Of a DNA stretch of 57,697 nt, positions 26,001-38,545 are shown piece by piece. Location of the stretch: contig NC_079879.1 of assembly GCF_029227915.1 (NCBI RefSeq), forward strand, positions 12,260,720 to 12,318,416, in the 5' to 3' direction. The stretch comes from Hydractinia symbiolongicarpus (lineage: Eukaryota). Every line of letters begins with the position of its first letter. Within the stretch, counting starts at the first letter, position 1. The notes under the pieces were generated by a model. The model ran no database searches, had not been told where the DNA came from, and saw only the letters and a list, made by a program, of their open reading frames with translations. A program made the translations under genes and the position numbers.

Positions 26001-27202
26001 CAAAGAGTAGAGTGAAGTGGGAAGAAATGCCCTCCATGCTTCCTTCTAGACAGCGTAATAATTGCATTAACAGTCAAGGATACGGATATTCATTTTTTTG
26101 ACTTGCATTCTTCCGACACTCTAAATAGGATGTCCAGTGGGTATTGCGGCGCTAAGATTTCTTGGAAACAAATTTAACGCTAGATTTAAATGTTAAAATA
26201 ACCTTGTCACATGCCTTTACCTAAACGCTATCGCTAGTTGATGACAATAAATCCAATGCACATTGAAATGAAGATTAAACTTACAGCATTGTGCTCATAC
26301 GCAGATAGCAGTACACCACAACCAAATAAATATTATCAGACAGACTATTAATGAAGTAATCAGACTTAAAATTCAATGTTAGCAACCTTTCTTGAACAAG
26401 AAACGCGCTACAGACACAAAAAACGTACCACATGGGTAACCTTGGAAACATGAAGACAGAGTGCAAAATGAAAACATTTCGTTTCTGCAGAAGTGACAAA
26501 CATTGTTAAAAACATGAAGAAAAAAAAGAAGATACCTTGAAGATTTTTTTGCTGTGACGGTTGTTATTTTCCCCAGTCGTCCTTTATCATTAAATTTCAT
26601 GTAGTAATTATTTTTGTTGTGCGCGTCTTTTGCGTATTTGAATAACTTAACACGAACGAGCACAAAGAAACTAACGGTCGCAAGATAATGAGAAAACACA
26701 CGACGGGACGTTCAGAGGAGCATTAATAATAACTCTACATATCTCAAATCTCGAAAGGTCAGTTTAGCGGAACTGTAAAAGACAAGTGCGAAAAGAAACG
26801 CGTACATGCCATCCAAACAACGTGTTTTTCTTTAAAAAATAAATAAATAAATGTTAGCTTGCTTATTGAATGATAAACTTATTGTTTTAAAAGGAATAAT
26901 TCGAGATGGGTTGCATTTCAACATTAAACGCAATCCCCCGATACTTTCCAAATAAAGCAACATTTCTTTAAACATAAAAGACCCCTAATTAGAGCGCTGT
27001 GTTTTCTTGGATGACAAGTTTGTAAACAAAAAGCTATTATTGCTTGTAAATGTTAGTCTGAAAGCAATAGCCGCAAACCGCTTATTTTATTTCTTTACTT
27101 CTTCATGCACACGCAAGGAACGCTATATTTAACCTCGCGCTTAGAACTTTTGACAGTTCACCTTGATTCGAAAAGGTAACGCTACAAAGGAGCATTCTTT
27201 CC

Positions 27203-28312
27203 AACCTCGTCCCCAGGGCATCTTGTATCTTTTCTGACCCCGGGACGGCGATACGAACATGCTTTGTAATTTGTATTAAAACTCTTGAGATAATATATCA
27301 CAGTGGTGAGCTGGTAAATATCTACCACCATCTTTAGTACACCCTGGATTTAACCATATGCCTGATTGAGCGCTCAATCAAATTTGATTGAGTTCGATTT
27401 TCCGAAATTTCTTCATAGCGTGTTAAAAAAGGCCTAGCAAGAATCAGTTTAAGAAAATCTTCCTACCTTTTTCTCTTCCTCAAAATGGCTTTTTAAATTT
27501 TTTATGCCTCGTGTAAAATTATATTTTATCAGATAGGTTTAAAAGTACTCCTTAACAAGTTTCAAGTCAATAACTTTGTTTTTTTACCGAAGCTTTTGCA
27601 CTTTGAATTTTCTAGAATTAGGCCGGATAAATGTGCACTTAATGATAAAATGGCTCAGACGGTTAACCTACTGGCTTTTTATATCTTTTATAGTAACCAA
27701 AGCATATAAGGTAATAAAACATGCCCACTAATAACAACCTGATATAATTTAAAACGTAATGTATATATATATTTTGTGAAAAAAACATTTTCGATATTTT
27801 GTGCCAAATTATTTTGTCTATAAAGAACATGGGTGGCAATTTTATGCAACGTCATTCTTTGCAAAAAGCTGCAAATCAAACCTGGCCACTTGGAAACAAG
27901 TTGAGTTTCTTTCTTTTGTTCTTATCTTGATAGTTTGCTAGGTATGGTGTGCTAGCTAGCTACTTTTCTAGCTTTATTAAACATTCCCAGCTATTGAAAT
28001 ATTGTCATGTAAGCAGTATTACTTTATGATGTCTTATTTTATACTCTCATTGCTTAGTAATGCTTTTTATTAAATTTTTCACTTTGAAAAAAACTTGATA
28101 CTGCTGATACACCTCCGCCATTTTAATATGAACAGCTTCTTCCTCCTGTTGGTCACAGACTCGCCGCCTCGCCAAAATGTTTTGTATGACGCAATAATTA
28201 TTTGACATATCCGCGCCAATCAGGTTTCATATCGGAGCAGCCTCCTCCAGGGCCATGTTCGTATCGCCGTCCCGGGGTCAGAAAAGATACAAGATGCCCT
28301 GGGGATGAGGTT
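27203..28312. mobile_element. Non-autonomous DNA transposon (~1.1 kb) with 59-bp terminal inverted repeats and a ~9-11-bp target-site duplication
   Basis: The left TIR at 27203-27261 ('aacctcgtccccagggcatcttgtatcttttctgaccccgggacggcgatacgaacatg') is the near-exact reverse complement of the right TIR at 28254-28312 (1 mismatch). It is flanked by the direct repeats 'gcattctttcc' (27192-27202) and 'gcattcttccc' (28313-28323). There is no internal ORF longer than 63 aa. Confidence 0.7.
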
Positions 28313-29373
28313 GCATTCTTCCCTAACAACAGAATAAAATGAGGAACAGACATATTCCTAAGAATCGTAAATATTTATTTTCATAAGAAAGTTATTTCTG
28401 ACGGTAAAGAATTGTTTATATCTGAGTACAGCCCTGTTTATAGATTGGCACTGGATTTTTTTATTAATTTTTTTTTTTCATGTAAATTTCGTAGCACATG
28501 CGTTAAAAACTGCCCTCATATGTTAAAGGACGCAATAAGAACGGAGGGTCCACGGCTCTGAGGGGCGAGAACATCCAATTTCCGACACAAAAATTTTTTC
28601 GCTGTATTTAGAAAATAAAACCTTGAGGATTATCTCTTTGTCATTCACACGTGCTTGTACATTCCACACCATGTTAGCCGTTAATTTTAGACCACCCTCG
28701 ATTTAAAATCTAAATCGTCGGCCCTGTATCCTCATATTTCTAATTGCTCAAAATTGTTAGTTTATGCCTTTTTGCATCAACAAAAAGATAAAGACTTCGT
28801 AGTAACACGTATATAACACATCGAGTCAATAAAGTTAGAATGTTTCTTGTTTGTCTGTTACATTCAATCTGTCGTATTCATTGAATACGACGTGTACACC
28901 CGAAAAGAAATATTCTCATAAATATTTTTTTACTTATAGCAAGAAGACTTTTGTTGCCAATCTGATCATTGCAAACGGTTGTGTTTTCAGAGCTAGTACA
29001 TGATATAAAACAAAAGGGAATGGCGGGCTTTGTTAAATATACTAACTTTTGTATTTTTTGAAAAGAAGGACCCCTATTTATCACAAAATGATTATTTTTG
29101 CTTTTTGGCAAGACATCTTGGCAGCAAAAGACATTACTTAGAATGATAGAAATAGGTCTATCCTTTTATAAAACACATGATGAACAAATCATATGGGTAT
29201 TTTCTAATCGGTTACTCACGGCATGGTCAAACTATATCCATATTTATCAAGGTGTTGTCTTCTTTTATTGAAATGGGATTAGGACTAAATCGAAATATGA
29301 CGTTTATCAATACAAACTTGGCAAACTTACTCAGCTTACCAATAAATTGGGTGGGGTAAAAAACCTTGTATCG

Positions 29374-29398
29374 TGACGTCAATAAATGTTTGACGTCA
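29374..29398. promoter_or_regulatory. Two perfect CRE-type palindromes TGACGTCA spaced 9 bp apart (tcgTGACGTCAataaatgttTGACGTCAtt)
   Basis: Motif read directly. No adjacent gene was identified. Confidence 0.3.
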
Positions 29399-29942
29399 TT
29401 GGTCACACTATCTATAGACCGGGAGGATTTTTGTTTGCAAAGGGTTTAAACACGGACATTAACTGAGATAAACACGACACTAGATCAAGAGGCAGCGATC
29501 TTCCTTGAAATTTGCGAGAATTTACACAATGCTTTAGCTATAAAGAATACCGCCGTGTCATCAATAAAAAGGAAAGGGAACTTCATTGCCAGCGTCATTC
29601 ATAAAACTTTTTGCATCTGGTCCCACAAAACGTTGATAAGTTATTGCATTGTAATTATTAGATTTTTTTGCGTGACCACCAATTTTTATTTCTCGTTCTA
29701 ATTTTCGTTCTGTTTATTAGAAGTAGAACATAAATAACAAAAACGTGCTAGCTACAGCTGCTTATCTACGATTTTTACTGTGTCCAAAGACCGGCCTGAT
29801 CAATTCTCAAATTTACAGTTTAATGTTACATTACAAACTGGTCAAATTTTATGTATTTTTTAATAGGCTCCATCCCAATATAGCCATCTAAAATGACGAT
29901 AATGGAGATTATGCCTGACAGTTTTAAAGAAATATTTCCTAG

Positions 29943-30296
29943 CACTAGACGCCAGCCTCGTGCCCACGGTCTTGTGGCGCCTGAATTCTTTAGGTTGTGA
30001 CTTGCATGAGACTTGAATAAGAAAGTGATGATAAGTAAAGCCTGTTTTGAAGAGTCAGAATTATGTCAGTCAAAGAACATGGCAGCAACCTGAGGCTTGG
30101 ATTGAAAGAAAGCAAAGTATATTTGGCGAAGAGCATTGCTGGAGAAATAATGACAGGGTTTGGAAAGAATGGCATTAGCCCTTTTAAGTTTAGAACGAAT
30201 TGAGTTTATATGAGATCGCCATAAAAAATTAGAATAAAGCAAAATGCCTAGGTATTTAATCAGTACTACAATCATGTGATGGTCTTTCTCTTTCAA
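29943..30296 (-). pseudogene. 5'-truncated non-LTR (LINE) retrotransposon ORF2 C-terminal (RT thumb) fragment
   Basis: Minus-strand ORFs 30066-30296 and 29990-30175 give 'IKYLGILLYSNFLWRSHINSIRSKLKRANAILSKPCHYFSSNALRQIYFAFFQS' then '...AKYTLLSFNPSLRLL...'. This matches the conserved CR1/L2/RTE-type region 'LKFLGV.ID..L.W..HI..+..K..+..G.L.+L...L....L..LY..+IRP.LEY', with a frameshift. Confidence 0.55.
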
Positions 30297-33200
30297 GTAG
30301 CAGAGTAAAAAAATGTATACCCAAAAAAAGTTTCTTGTACTAGTAAAAAGAGACAGTTGGGAGAACTCGCAGACAATAAAAAATGTGCCCGTCCTTCAAC
30401 ACTTTATGACCCAAACATTGAATCAAAACAAAAATGAAATTTTGCAATAAAATAAAGAATTTGCAATCAAAACTATGTAATAAAGATAATAAAATTGGTT
30501 TTGCCCATGTTATCGATATGATGTCGACTCTCTCGTTAGAGAAAAGTATGGAGAATATTATGTTGGTTTGAGATTATAAACTTGCTGTTTTTGATTCAGA
30601 TTTCGAAATTAAATTATGTTTTCCCTCGCACTCAGTTTTCTATGATTCAGGATTGCTTAACGTTGGTCGTCCTACCTCACAAATTCCTAAAACCAGTGAT
30701 TGCTTTCCTACTAATAGGGGTGTTTTGATTTACTCTAAATGGTGACACAATTTTATATATGTTTCGAGAAACCCTTAAAGCTGCCCAGAAATTAAAACGA
30801 AAATTGTTGGTTAAAAAAAAAAATGAATTTTAGATGGCAGAAAGTAAAAAAAGAATTACAGCAAGCAATGTCAAAAAAATCAACATTCGAAAAAGAAACT
30901 TTGAGACTCCTGTAGCCACAATGAAAGATGGGTTAATACAATGTTTTTCGAAAAAGCTATGTAACATGAAAACGATCTCGAAAACGTGGCAGAACAAAAG
31001 TCTTTTAACTATTTAACTTCCTAAAAGTAGCTATACGTAAAACCGGATTGATTTTTCAGCCTTACTTGCTTTGGCTTAGAGCAATCTCCTGATGGTTTGT
31101 TGATTGGTGATAACAAACTTTCACTGATTGAAATTAGCTAAGTGTAGCCACACCAAGCGACACGAGTCCAAAGCAATTGTTGAAGGATGAAATTTTTAAT
31201 GTTTATAAAAAAGATGGTGTTACATTTTTAAAAAGAAAACATCAATATGGGTATATTTCCAAAGTCTAGTTTGCAATGGGACTTTCTCATAGTAATCAGT
31301 GCTAATTTAGGGCTAAATTTGATTGATCGATCCATATAGCGTGAGAGGTATTTCATTCTTTCGAAACTTTTTAACTCGATTTCTTTGTCTAATACACATC
31401 CTTTCTGTTATTGTTCCTGATGGTGATATTCTAGTAAGTTTTTTATATGTTACATGACTTTTGTAGCGGAAGTACATGTGACTTTGACTAGCCAAATATG
31501 ATGGTCGTTGACAAGATAGCTCTGTACAGACTATTATACAGCGAGATTTTAGGTAGGTTTTTTAAAAACTATCAGGCATGCTTTCTTTGATAATTTTCTT
31601 TGAGGCCCCACTTGGAATAAAGCCAAGGGTAAAGTACAAGAAATTCGACCGAGTTTATATGTAACGTGAAATTGTTGACTTTGAAACATTGAACAGCCAT
31701 GATGCATGATTGAGGCTATAAACCTACTTTAAGCCAAGTCAAGTAAAAAAAAAACAACTGGTTTCTAGCATTCAACAAGTACAGCTGGCCCTTAGTTTTT
31801 ATCTGTGGGGTTCTTATTAACAATATCAGGAGATTTTAAGACAAAGTCATTTGTATCTTGTGCATTTTTTGTTTTAGGTCATTCATGTTTGAGTAGTTAT
31901 CTGCAGGAATTAAGAAGAGCTTATATAAAATCTTACAATTTTCAGCTTCTAAGCTGGTTTATGATTTTAAAAAGTTTTTTTTATCCTTTAATATGTTTTC
32001 ATAGTTGTATGATTTTTTTCACAATTTTGTAGCTTTAACTTTAGATTTTCAACTTTATTTTTCAAAGGTACATTTTCTTCTTTCAAATCAATTATCTCTT
32101 GTTTCAATAAATCTTCTTCACTTAATACTTCTGGTTTTTCTTCGGGCTGGACAAAACATGCAGCCATTGCATCATTCAAAGGTTTGTCACTTAAGCTCCT
32201 CAGCCTCTTCTTTGGTGAAAGGTTTTCATTTTCAATATTTTACAAATTCGAAGTGCATTTGCAAGATTTCTTGTTATTACATGATTTTACGTGTTTTTGT
32301 CAGCCAAAAGATAGTGTTTTCATATTCAATTGTTATCAAACATGTTTTAGCTATTAGTCTATATTAATTTTACACAGACCTTTATGAAAAGTGGTGAATT
32401 TAACGCTTCTTCTCTATCAACCGCTCGTTACTGGGACCATACACAGAAAGGAAGAAAAAAATAGATCTTGAATGCGAGACAGAACTGAGGAGAACTCTTC
32501 ATTTATAACGCATGTTAATCGAGACAAACTTGATCTCGCTTTATAATTATCCAAAACGCAATTATTTTTCGAGAAAGTCTCACAGAATAATATCATTGAC
32601 TTGAGTGCGCATTTCCCAAGAGTCATTTCTTTTCCCGTAAAAAAATCGAAATAGCAATTGGAAAAAAAATTATGCTGCATTTTTAAAAAAAACTTGTTTC
32701 TAAAGCAAAATTTATTTTGATTTCAAAGAAAATTAAAACGAATAGGTTAATTTTACTACAAAATGCCGTATTTTTTAAAATTAGTAGCAAAACCTGATTT
32801 TTGATTCTACACGACGTACAACAACAACAACAAAAATGTTTTTCTGTAAAAAATCTTTTTAAAGCATTCAAAAATAGAATGGTTTTTATAGCATTCCTTT
32901 CCCCCGTCTTTTTTCTCCTTTGAGATTATTCAAAACAATAGAATGCTTTCTCGATTGAAAAAGCGGCAGAGTTTCAAAATAATCGTGGATGGCTCCTTCA
33001 ATGGCAAATAAATAGTTCCAGCCTGAACAACTTAAATATTTGATATACATAGCAAATTCGTACGGTGTGGTTAAGCAAAAAGAAATTGTTTCCATCAATG
33101 ATTCAAAGCAAAAAAAGGAGAAAATGCTGTTGATTTATTCTTACCTTTTTGGTGGCATTATTCAAAGTCATGATCCAACCCGTTAATGATATTTATGGCT

Positions 33201-35725
33201 TGATAAGTTAAATAATTTTAGAGCACATTTAACTGAGAGTGACCTATGCTTGAATGTTTCATTTATAAAAACAATTAAAAGTTGGGTTGCATTTGTGCTG
33301 GATGAGAAGGAATTTTTTTTATGATTGCGGAGATCATGCTAGTCCTCAAATCTTTTCAAGAACATTACTTTAACTTTGAAATATATCATTAAGGATAATA
33401 TTTGTGTCGTATTGAAAACAGCTGCTTTTTTGCTATGTCTCTAACCTGTGAGGCTAATAAATCAAATTTCTGGCATCTTTTCTTGTATGGTGACATATTA
33501 CGGCCCTAGTATGGTTTTCTTTTTTTAAGTTCCATTTGTTTTAAAAGCAGAGCCTAGGTTTATGTTACATTTAGTGTTGTCGACCGTTGTGAAAGGGAAA
33601 AAATGCTGATGTTTTTATTAACCTGACTGCATCCAGCTAACATGTTTTTATAGTCGCATTGATTGTGGTAGACAGTACATTTTCTATTTTCGAGGCCGTG
33701 TCCTAAATGTACTAGCTACGTAATCTTGTATTTTTTTATAACAATATTTGGTTTAGAGATAAATAATACATCACTAATTACCCATCTTCGTTTATTATTA
33801 ATTTTAAGAAACTGCGTGTGGAATTGGATAACAGTGCAACTATAGAGTAAAATTAACATTAAAGTTTTCTTTTGCATGATACATTATTCATTTTTAAAAC
33901 TAGAAATATTTGCTAAGTGCGCACGCTTTAACAAAATCTCGTGAGCAAAAATAAAGCTAAATAAAAACAAGCCTTAACGAAAGTAAATTTTAACCATGAT
34001 AAAGATTTCACAGAAAGCCGAGGGAATGTGTGGAATATTTGGCTGATAGCTATGTGTGCAAGGGATAAATATGAACACTCTGTGAGTTTCACACAGCAAG
34101 AAAAACATATTAAACAACTGGCAGTAGATTGGGCAGAATTCTCCCACAATTTTTATTTACTTATGATCTTATAAATTTAATGGTCCATGTTTAAAGGTTT
34201 ACACAATAGAGGCAATAGGTAAACAAATTTTTGAAAAAAAATTAATGACATTATCAAAGTATTTTTTTCAAACTGACTGAACACATAAAAGATAAGATTT
34301 TAGAAAAACTAGTCGGTGGCCCAAAAAATACATGATTTCTCCCGTCCTTTTTTAACGCATTGCGTGCGTCTCGCTTTCTTGCCGTATCATTTTGCGTAAC
34401 AGATAGATAGACGTATAAGGGTATTATAATATAGAATTATTGCAGAGAAAAATATTTGATAAATGTACTGATGTAACTAAAACGTGAAACTATGTTTGTG
34501 GAATAAATAAAGAAAGACCGCTGAATGATAATATACGTCAGTTCTTCTTCTTAATAACAAAAATACTTAGTGCAGGATATTTATATAACACTAGTCTCGA
34601 TCATTCAGGCTAATCCGCACGCCCTGCTGCATCAACTTTTAGAGAGCCATTAAATACATTTTTTTAGGGAAACCATGTAAATACTATGTCTCCACAAACA
34701 ATCGATGATTGTCAAGGCTGTTGCGTAAATAGTTAACACCAAGGCAACTTTTCTCTTAGGTCTTAGCTTATGAAAGTGCAGAAGGCCCTGGTGACGTGGT
34801 TGGGTGTAAAGCTCTATTTGTAGTCCTCACTTTAAGTTTATTAGCTATTTGCCAAATCTGTGTTGTAAATTATTGTAAACCTCAACACCGATTCCAGTTC
34901 TCTTTGGTTCTTTTTTTATGCCGGGATGGTGAGAGAAAAAGACTCCGGAACCGAGGTTCTTAAACCCCAAGAATCCTAATGGGTCTGTCTTCGTAGATCT
35001 GGTATCTAGATGATATTATTGCAAGTGTAAGGCTAACAGATTATTCAAAGCCCCAAATTTGAAACCTAACAATTCCTGATGGCCCATATCTTACGTTTCC
35101 TCTCCGTGAGAATGATCCGTTTGTTGCTAATAACTCACAGATGAAACAAGTCACAACTTAGTACCCAAGAACGTGTTATGCAGGGACTCTATTGTGTTCT
35201 ATGATACCCACGACGTGGTTAGAAAACTGCGTGATAAACTATACAAAAAAGGAATTTTCCGAAAATCAAGAGACTGCAAAATGCATATTTCGCTGCGACA
35301 CTACTGAAAATGTGATCCATCTATTTCTATTGATCCTACTATGTCTGTCTATTAAGTTTGTGATGAAAACATACCAAGCTGGAAATTTTTGAAAAAAAAC
35401 AAACGCAACCAGTATTAGCTGAAATTAAAACGTTTATGTCTACAAACGTAGGAATAGAATGAAGCGAAAGAAATGAATTATTAAGTTTCTAAAAATAATA
35501 ATGAAATTCGAAAAACAAGCATGCAATATTTAATAATTCATAATCGTTTTTCAAATTTCCAAACATTCAATAAGTACTTATTCTGTGGTTATATTCCTCC
35601 CTTCAACTGCAACACAACTCTTTTAGACACGAAAGCATAACATCTTTGCATGCACGTCATCAGACTGTAGTAAGATTATAAGTAAGAAAATATTGTGCAA
35701 ACAATTCAAAACATTCTCATCGCCA

Positions 35726-36805
35726 ATGCATGTCAGACGTATGGAGAGCAGAAACGTGATGTCGATGTTTTTCTTCATATCATTTGCTATTTTTATCAAA
35801 GTGTGTTTGAGTACTCGTTTATCCTGCCTGCGGGATGATATAAAGATTCATGAAGTAGCAAGGGACAAAAAGTTGAATGTTGCGCCATATGTAACAAAAA
35901 CTGTTTCAAACGAAAATGACTGTTTAGTTGTGTGTTTGTATGATGACTATTGTTTGTCATACAACGTCAATATGACTAGTAAAAATGTCAAGTGTCAATT
36001 ATTTTCGAAAATAGTTGGAGCAACAAAGCTAACTCCAAGAAAAGGTTTCAAATATTTTAGAGTAATTTCCTACCATCGTTGCATACCTGTCAAGAATTCT
36101 TCTCCCAAGATTTGTGATTGTCGACCAGTGGCTAAAAGAGATGCTAAAAGAGATTGTTTGGAATGGAGAGAAAACGGTGCAAAGGAAGATGGATTGTACA
36201 ATATTAATGTGGGTAATAAAACTGTGGAAGTGTTGTGTGACATGACAACAGACGGAGGAGGGTGGACAGTGATTCAAAAGCGACAGAGATCAACTAATCC
36301 TGTGAATTTTAGCACAACATGGGACGAGTACAAGCAAGGATTTGGTAATTTTACGACCGAATTTTGGCTTGGAAATGATTATATACATAACTTAACAACC
36401 CAGGGAGACATCACCCTCAGAATCCATTCTACTGCTGAAAATAACATGACAAAGATTTCGATTCTAACACATTTCAGAGTTGCTGACGAAAAGGAGTTTT
36501 ATCAAGTGACTTACAAAAACAGCACAGGACCTTCTTTAGATGGATGGAAGTCAAGATTTAATCGGAGTATTTTCTCCACATTTGATAGCGACAAAGATAA
36601 TAGAGATGACCGCAACTGTGCGGCAGTATTCAACGCTGGTTTTTGGTTTGACAGATGTTCTGGTACAAACCTGAATGGTCCATATATGCCGCATGACAAA
36701 GATTTTGGATTTTTTTGGAGAAAATGGAATAAACCAACTGATGAAGACACATACCAATTAAAAGCAACAACGATAATGATACGAAGAAACGCAAAATCGA
36801 ATTGA
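35726..36805 (+). CDS. Secreted PAN/apple-domain + fibrinogen-related-domain (FReD) protein, intronless
   Basis: The track ORF begins with TTG at 35693; the first ATG is at 35726 (a further ATG at 35741). It has a signal peptide 'MSMFFFISFAIFIKVCLS', a Cys-patterned PAN-like region (CLVVCLYDDYCLSYN...KCQLF), then a fibrinogen C-terminal domain: 'CLEW...GLYNI...VEVLCDMTTDGGGWTVIQKR...DEYKQGFGN...EFWLGNDYIHNLT' plus 'NCA..FNAGFWFDRCSGTNLNGPY'. Confidence 0.8.
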   Translation: MHVRRMESRNVMSMFFFISFAIFIKVCLSTRLSCLRDDIKIHEVARDKKLNVAPYVTKTVSNENDCLVVCLYDDYCLSYNVNMTSKNVKCQLFSKIVGATKLTPRKGFKYFRVISYHRCIPVKNSSPKICDCRPVAKRDAKRDCLEWRENGAKEDGLYNINVGNKTVEVLCDMTTDGGGWTVIQKRQRSTNPVNFSTTWDEYKQGFGNFTTEFWLGNDYIHNLTTQGDITLRIHSTAENNMTKISILTHFRVADEKEFYQVTYKNSTGPSLDGWKSRFNRSIFSTFDSDKDNRDDRNCAAVFNAGFWFDRCSGTNLNGPYMPHDKDFGFFWRKWNKPTDEDTYQLKATTIMIRRNAKSN

Positions 36806-37924
36806 AGGATTCATGTTTGAAAGTAGACTCACTTATAAACACAGAAAAAAGGACGGTGGATTGTGCCAGTGTGGATGAGGCATAACAGCATTAAAAACAT
36901 TGAACAACTTATTTGTAAAAATTATTTTCAAAATGGATGTTTACGTTGCAGTTAATTTTTTCAAATTAGAATTCGTGGAATCTTTGTATATCATTTATCA
37001 AATTGTAGATTTGAAACTCTATTCTCCCTTTTTATAGTTTTTCTTAGTCGATGTAGAAGAAGTTTTAGTGTTCTTATTTATGTGTTGTCAATAGTTTAGT
37101 GTGTCTCGGGTCTTACTGTAATTATTATTAATTTAGTGTAAATCGGCTTTTATATCAATAAGCAAATACAAAAATCATGTGATTAAAGATGGTGTTACAG
37201 AAATAGCTAGTCACATGTCAATTAGCTTTCGAACCGTTAGGTCTTTCTTTTTGTTCCTAATTATATTTAAAATTTCTATATAAAAATGTAAATATTGTAT
37301 CATAGTATCGCAATTTTGATTAATATTTAGGTTGAAGCGAAGCAAACTGTACGATAATCTTAAAGCATACCTCCCGCGAATATTATTTCATATGACAGAG
37401 GTTGAAAAATTGTCTAAAATTTAAATATTTTGTTTGAAAAATCTTAAGATCTTAGACTTAGAAGTTTCGCTAATTATGCATGACATCATAATCTAGCTCT
37501 GAGTAAATATTGTATATGACAGTTTTGGCAAAGCATAGGTTTAAAAATTGTTTTTATGGCCAATCAAATTGGAATATTTGACATAAATTTTAATATCAAT
37601 TTACTATAATTATAACTAGTTCTTGACGTCGTAATGTCGCATAATTAACGAAACTTTGAAAAAGTATATCTTGAAAACTAAGAAGGACTTTTTAAAAGAT
37701 TAAACAAGAAGCCCTGGGGGCTCTAAGAATTTCCGCGCGCTACCAAAATATTTGATGAAAACCTGCTAATTCGTTGTGTTATTGTGCTAAACATTCGAAG
37801 GGGTTTGGTGCATGAACCTCTGAAGATAAAGCACACCAGTGACATTATATCTTACAACAAACGCAAACAAAACGATTCATGGTTGAAAGTCTTGCGATTG
37901 AAACGTTTATGGTCTTAAACGGCA

Positions 37925-38545
37925 TTAGTTGACAAAAAATCAAAATTTTGATGTGACCATCATTTTCAGCATACTTTTTTTATTAACTGTGTCAATTTTT
38001 GTCGAAAATAAAGCAGTTTTAATTTTTGGATAAATTTTGGCCTGAAATGACATTTAGGTGACAAAAAATCAAACTTTTGTACCATAATCATTTTCAGCAT
38101 ACTTAATTTGTTAACTGTGCCAGATTTAGCCGAAAATGAAGTGGTTTTAATTTTTCGACCAATTTTGGCCTATAATGGCATTTAGGTGACAAAAATCAAA
38201 ATTTTGATGTCACCATTATGTTCAGCATACTTTTTTTGTTAGCTTTGCCAATTTTTGTTGAAAATGAAGTAGTTTTAATTTTTGGACCAATTTTGGCCTA
38301 AAATGACATTTAAGGTGGCAAAAAACCAAAATTTTGATGTCACCATCATGTTCAGCATACTTTATTTGTTAACTGTGCCAAATTTTGTTCAAAATAAAGT
38401 AGTTCTAATTTTTGGACCAATTTTTGCCTAAAATGACATTTAGGTGACAAAAATCAAAATTATTATGTCACCATTATGTTCAGCATACGTTTTTTGTTAA
38501 CTGTGCCAAATTTGGCGAAAACAAATACCAATTTTAGCCTGAAAC
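37925..38545. repeat. Tandem array, ~122-bp unit x5
   Basis: Unit 'gacaaaaa(a)tcaaaattttgatgtcaccatcatgttcagcatactttttttgttaactgtgccaaattttgtcgaaaatgaagtagttttaatttttggaccaattttggcctaaaatgacatttaggt' repeated head-to-tail with ~90% identity. Confidence 0.8.

Noticed and set aside
26281-26699. Overlapping minus-strand ORFs of 72 and 106 aa
   Set aside because: AT-rich, low-complexity translation with no recognisable domain.
31988-32179. 63-aa coiled-coil ORF ('...EEDLLKQEIIDLKEENVPLKNKVENLKLKL...'); considered as an exon
   Set aside because: A stop lies immediately upstream of the Met, there are no convincing splice partners and no homolog was recognised. Left uncalled.
35693-35725. Track ORF start at 35693 for the FReD gene (similarly 50293, 57168, 19759 and 49621 for other ORFs)
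   Set aside because: The codon there is TTG (GTG at 49621). The track uses alternative start codons, so the first ATG was used instead.
37925-38545. Regular 122-bp repeat array; considered as CRISPR-like
   Set aside because: The units are contiguous with no unique spacers, and the context is eukaryotic. It is an ordinary tandem/satellite repeat.
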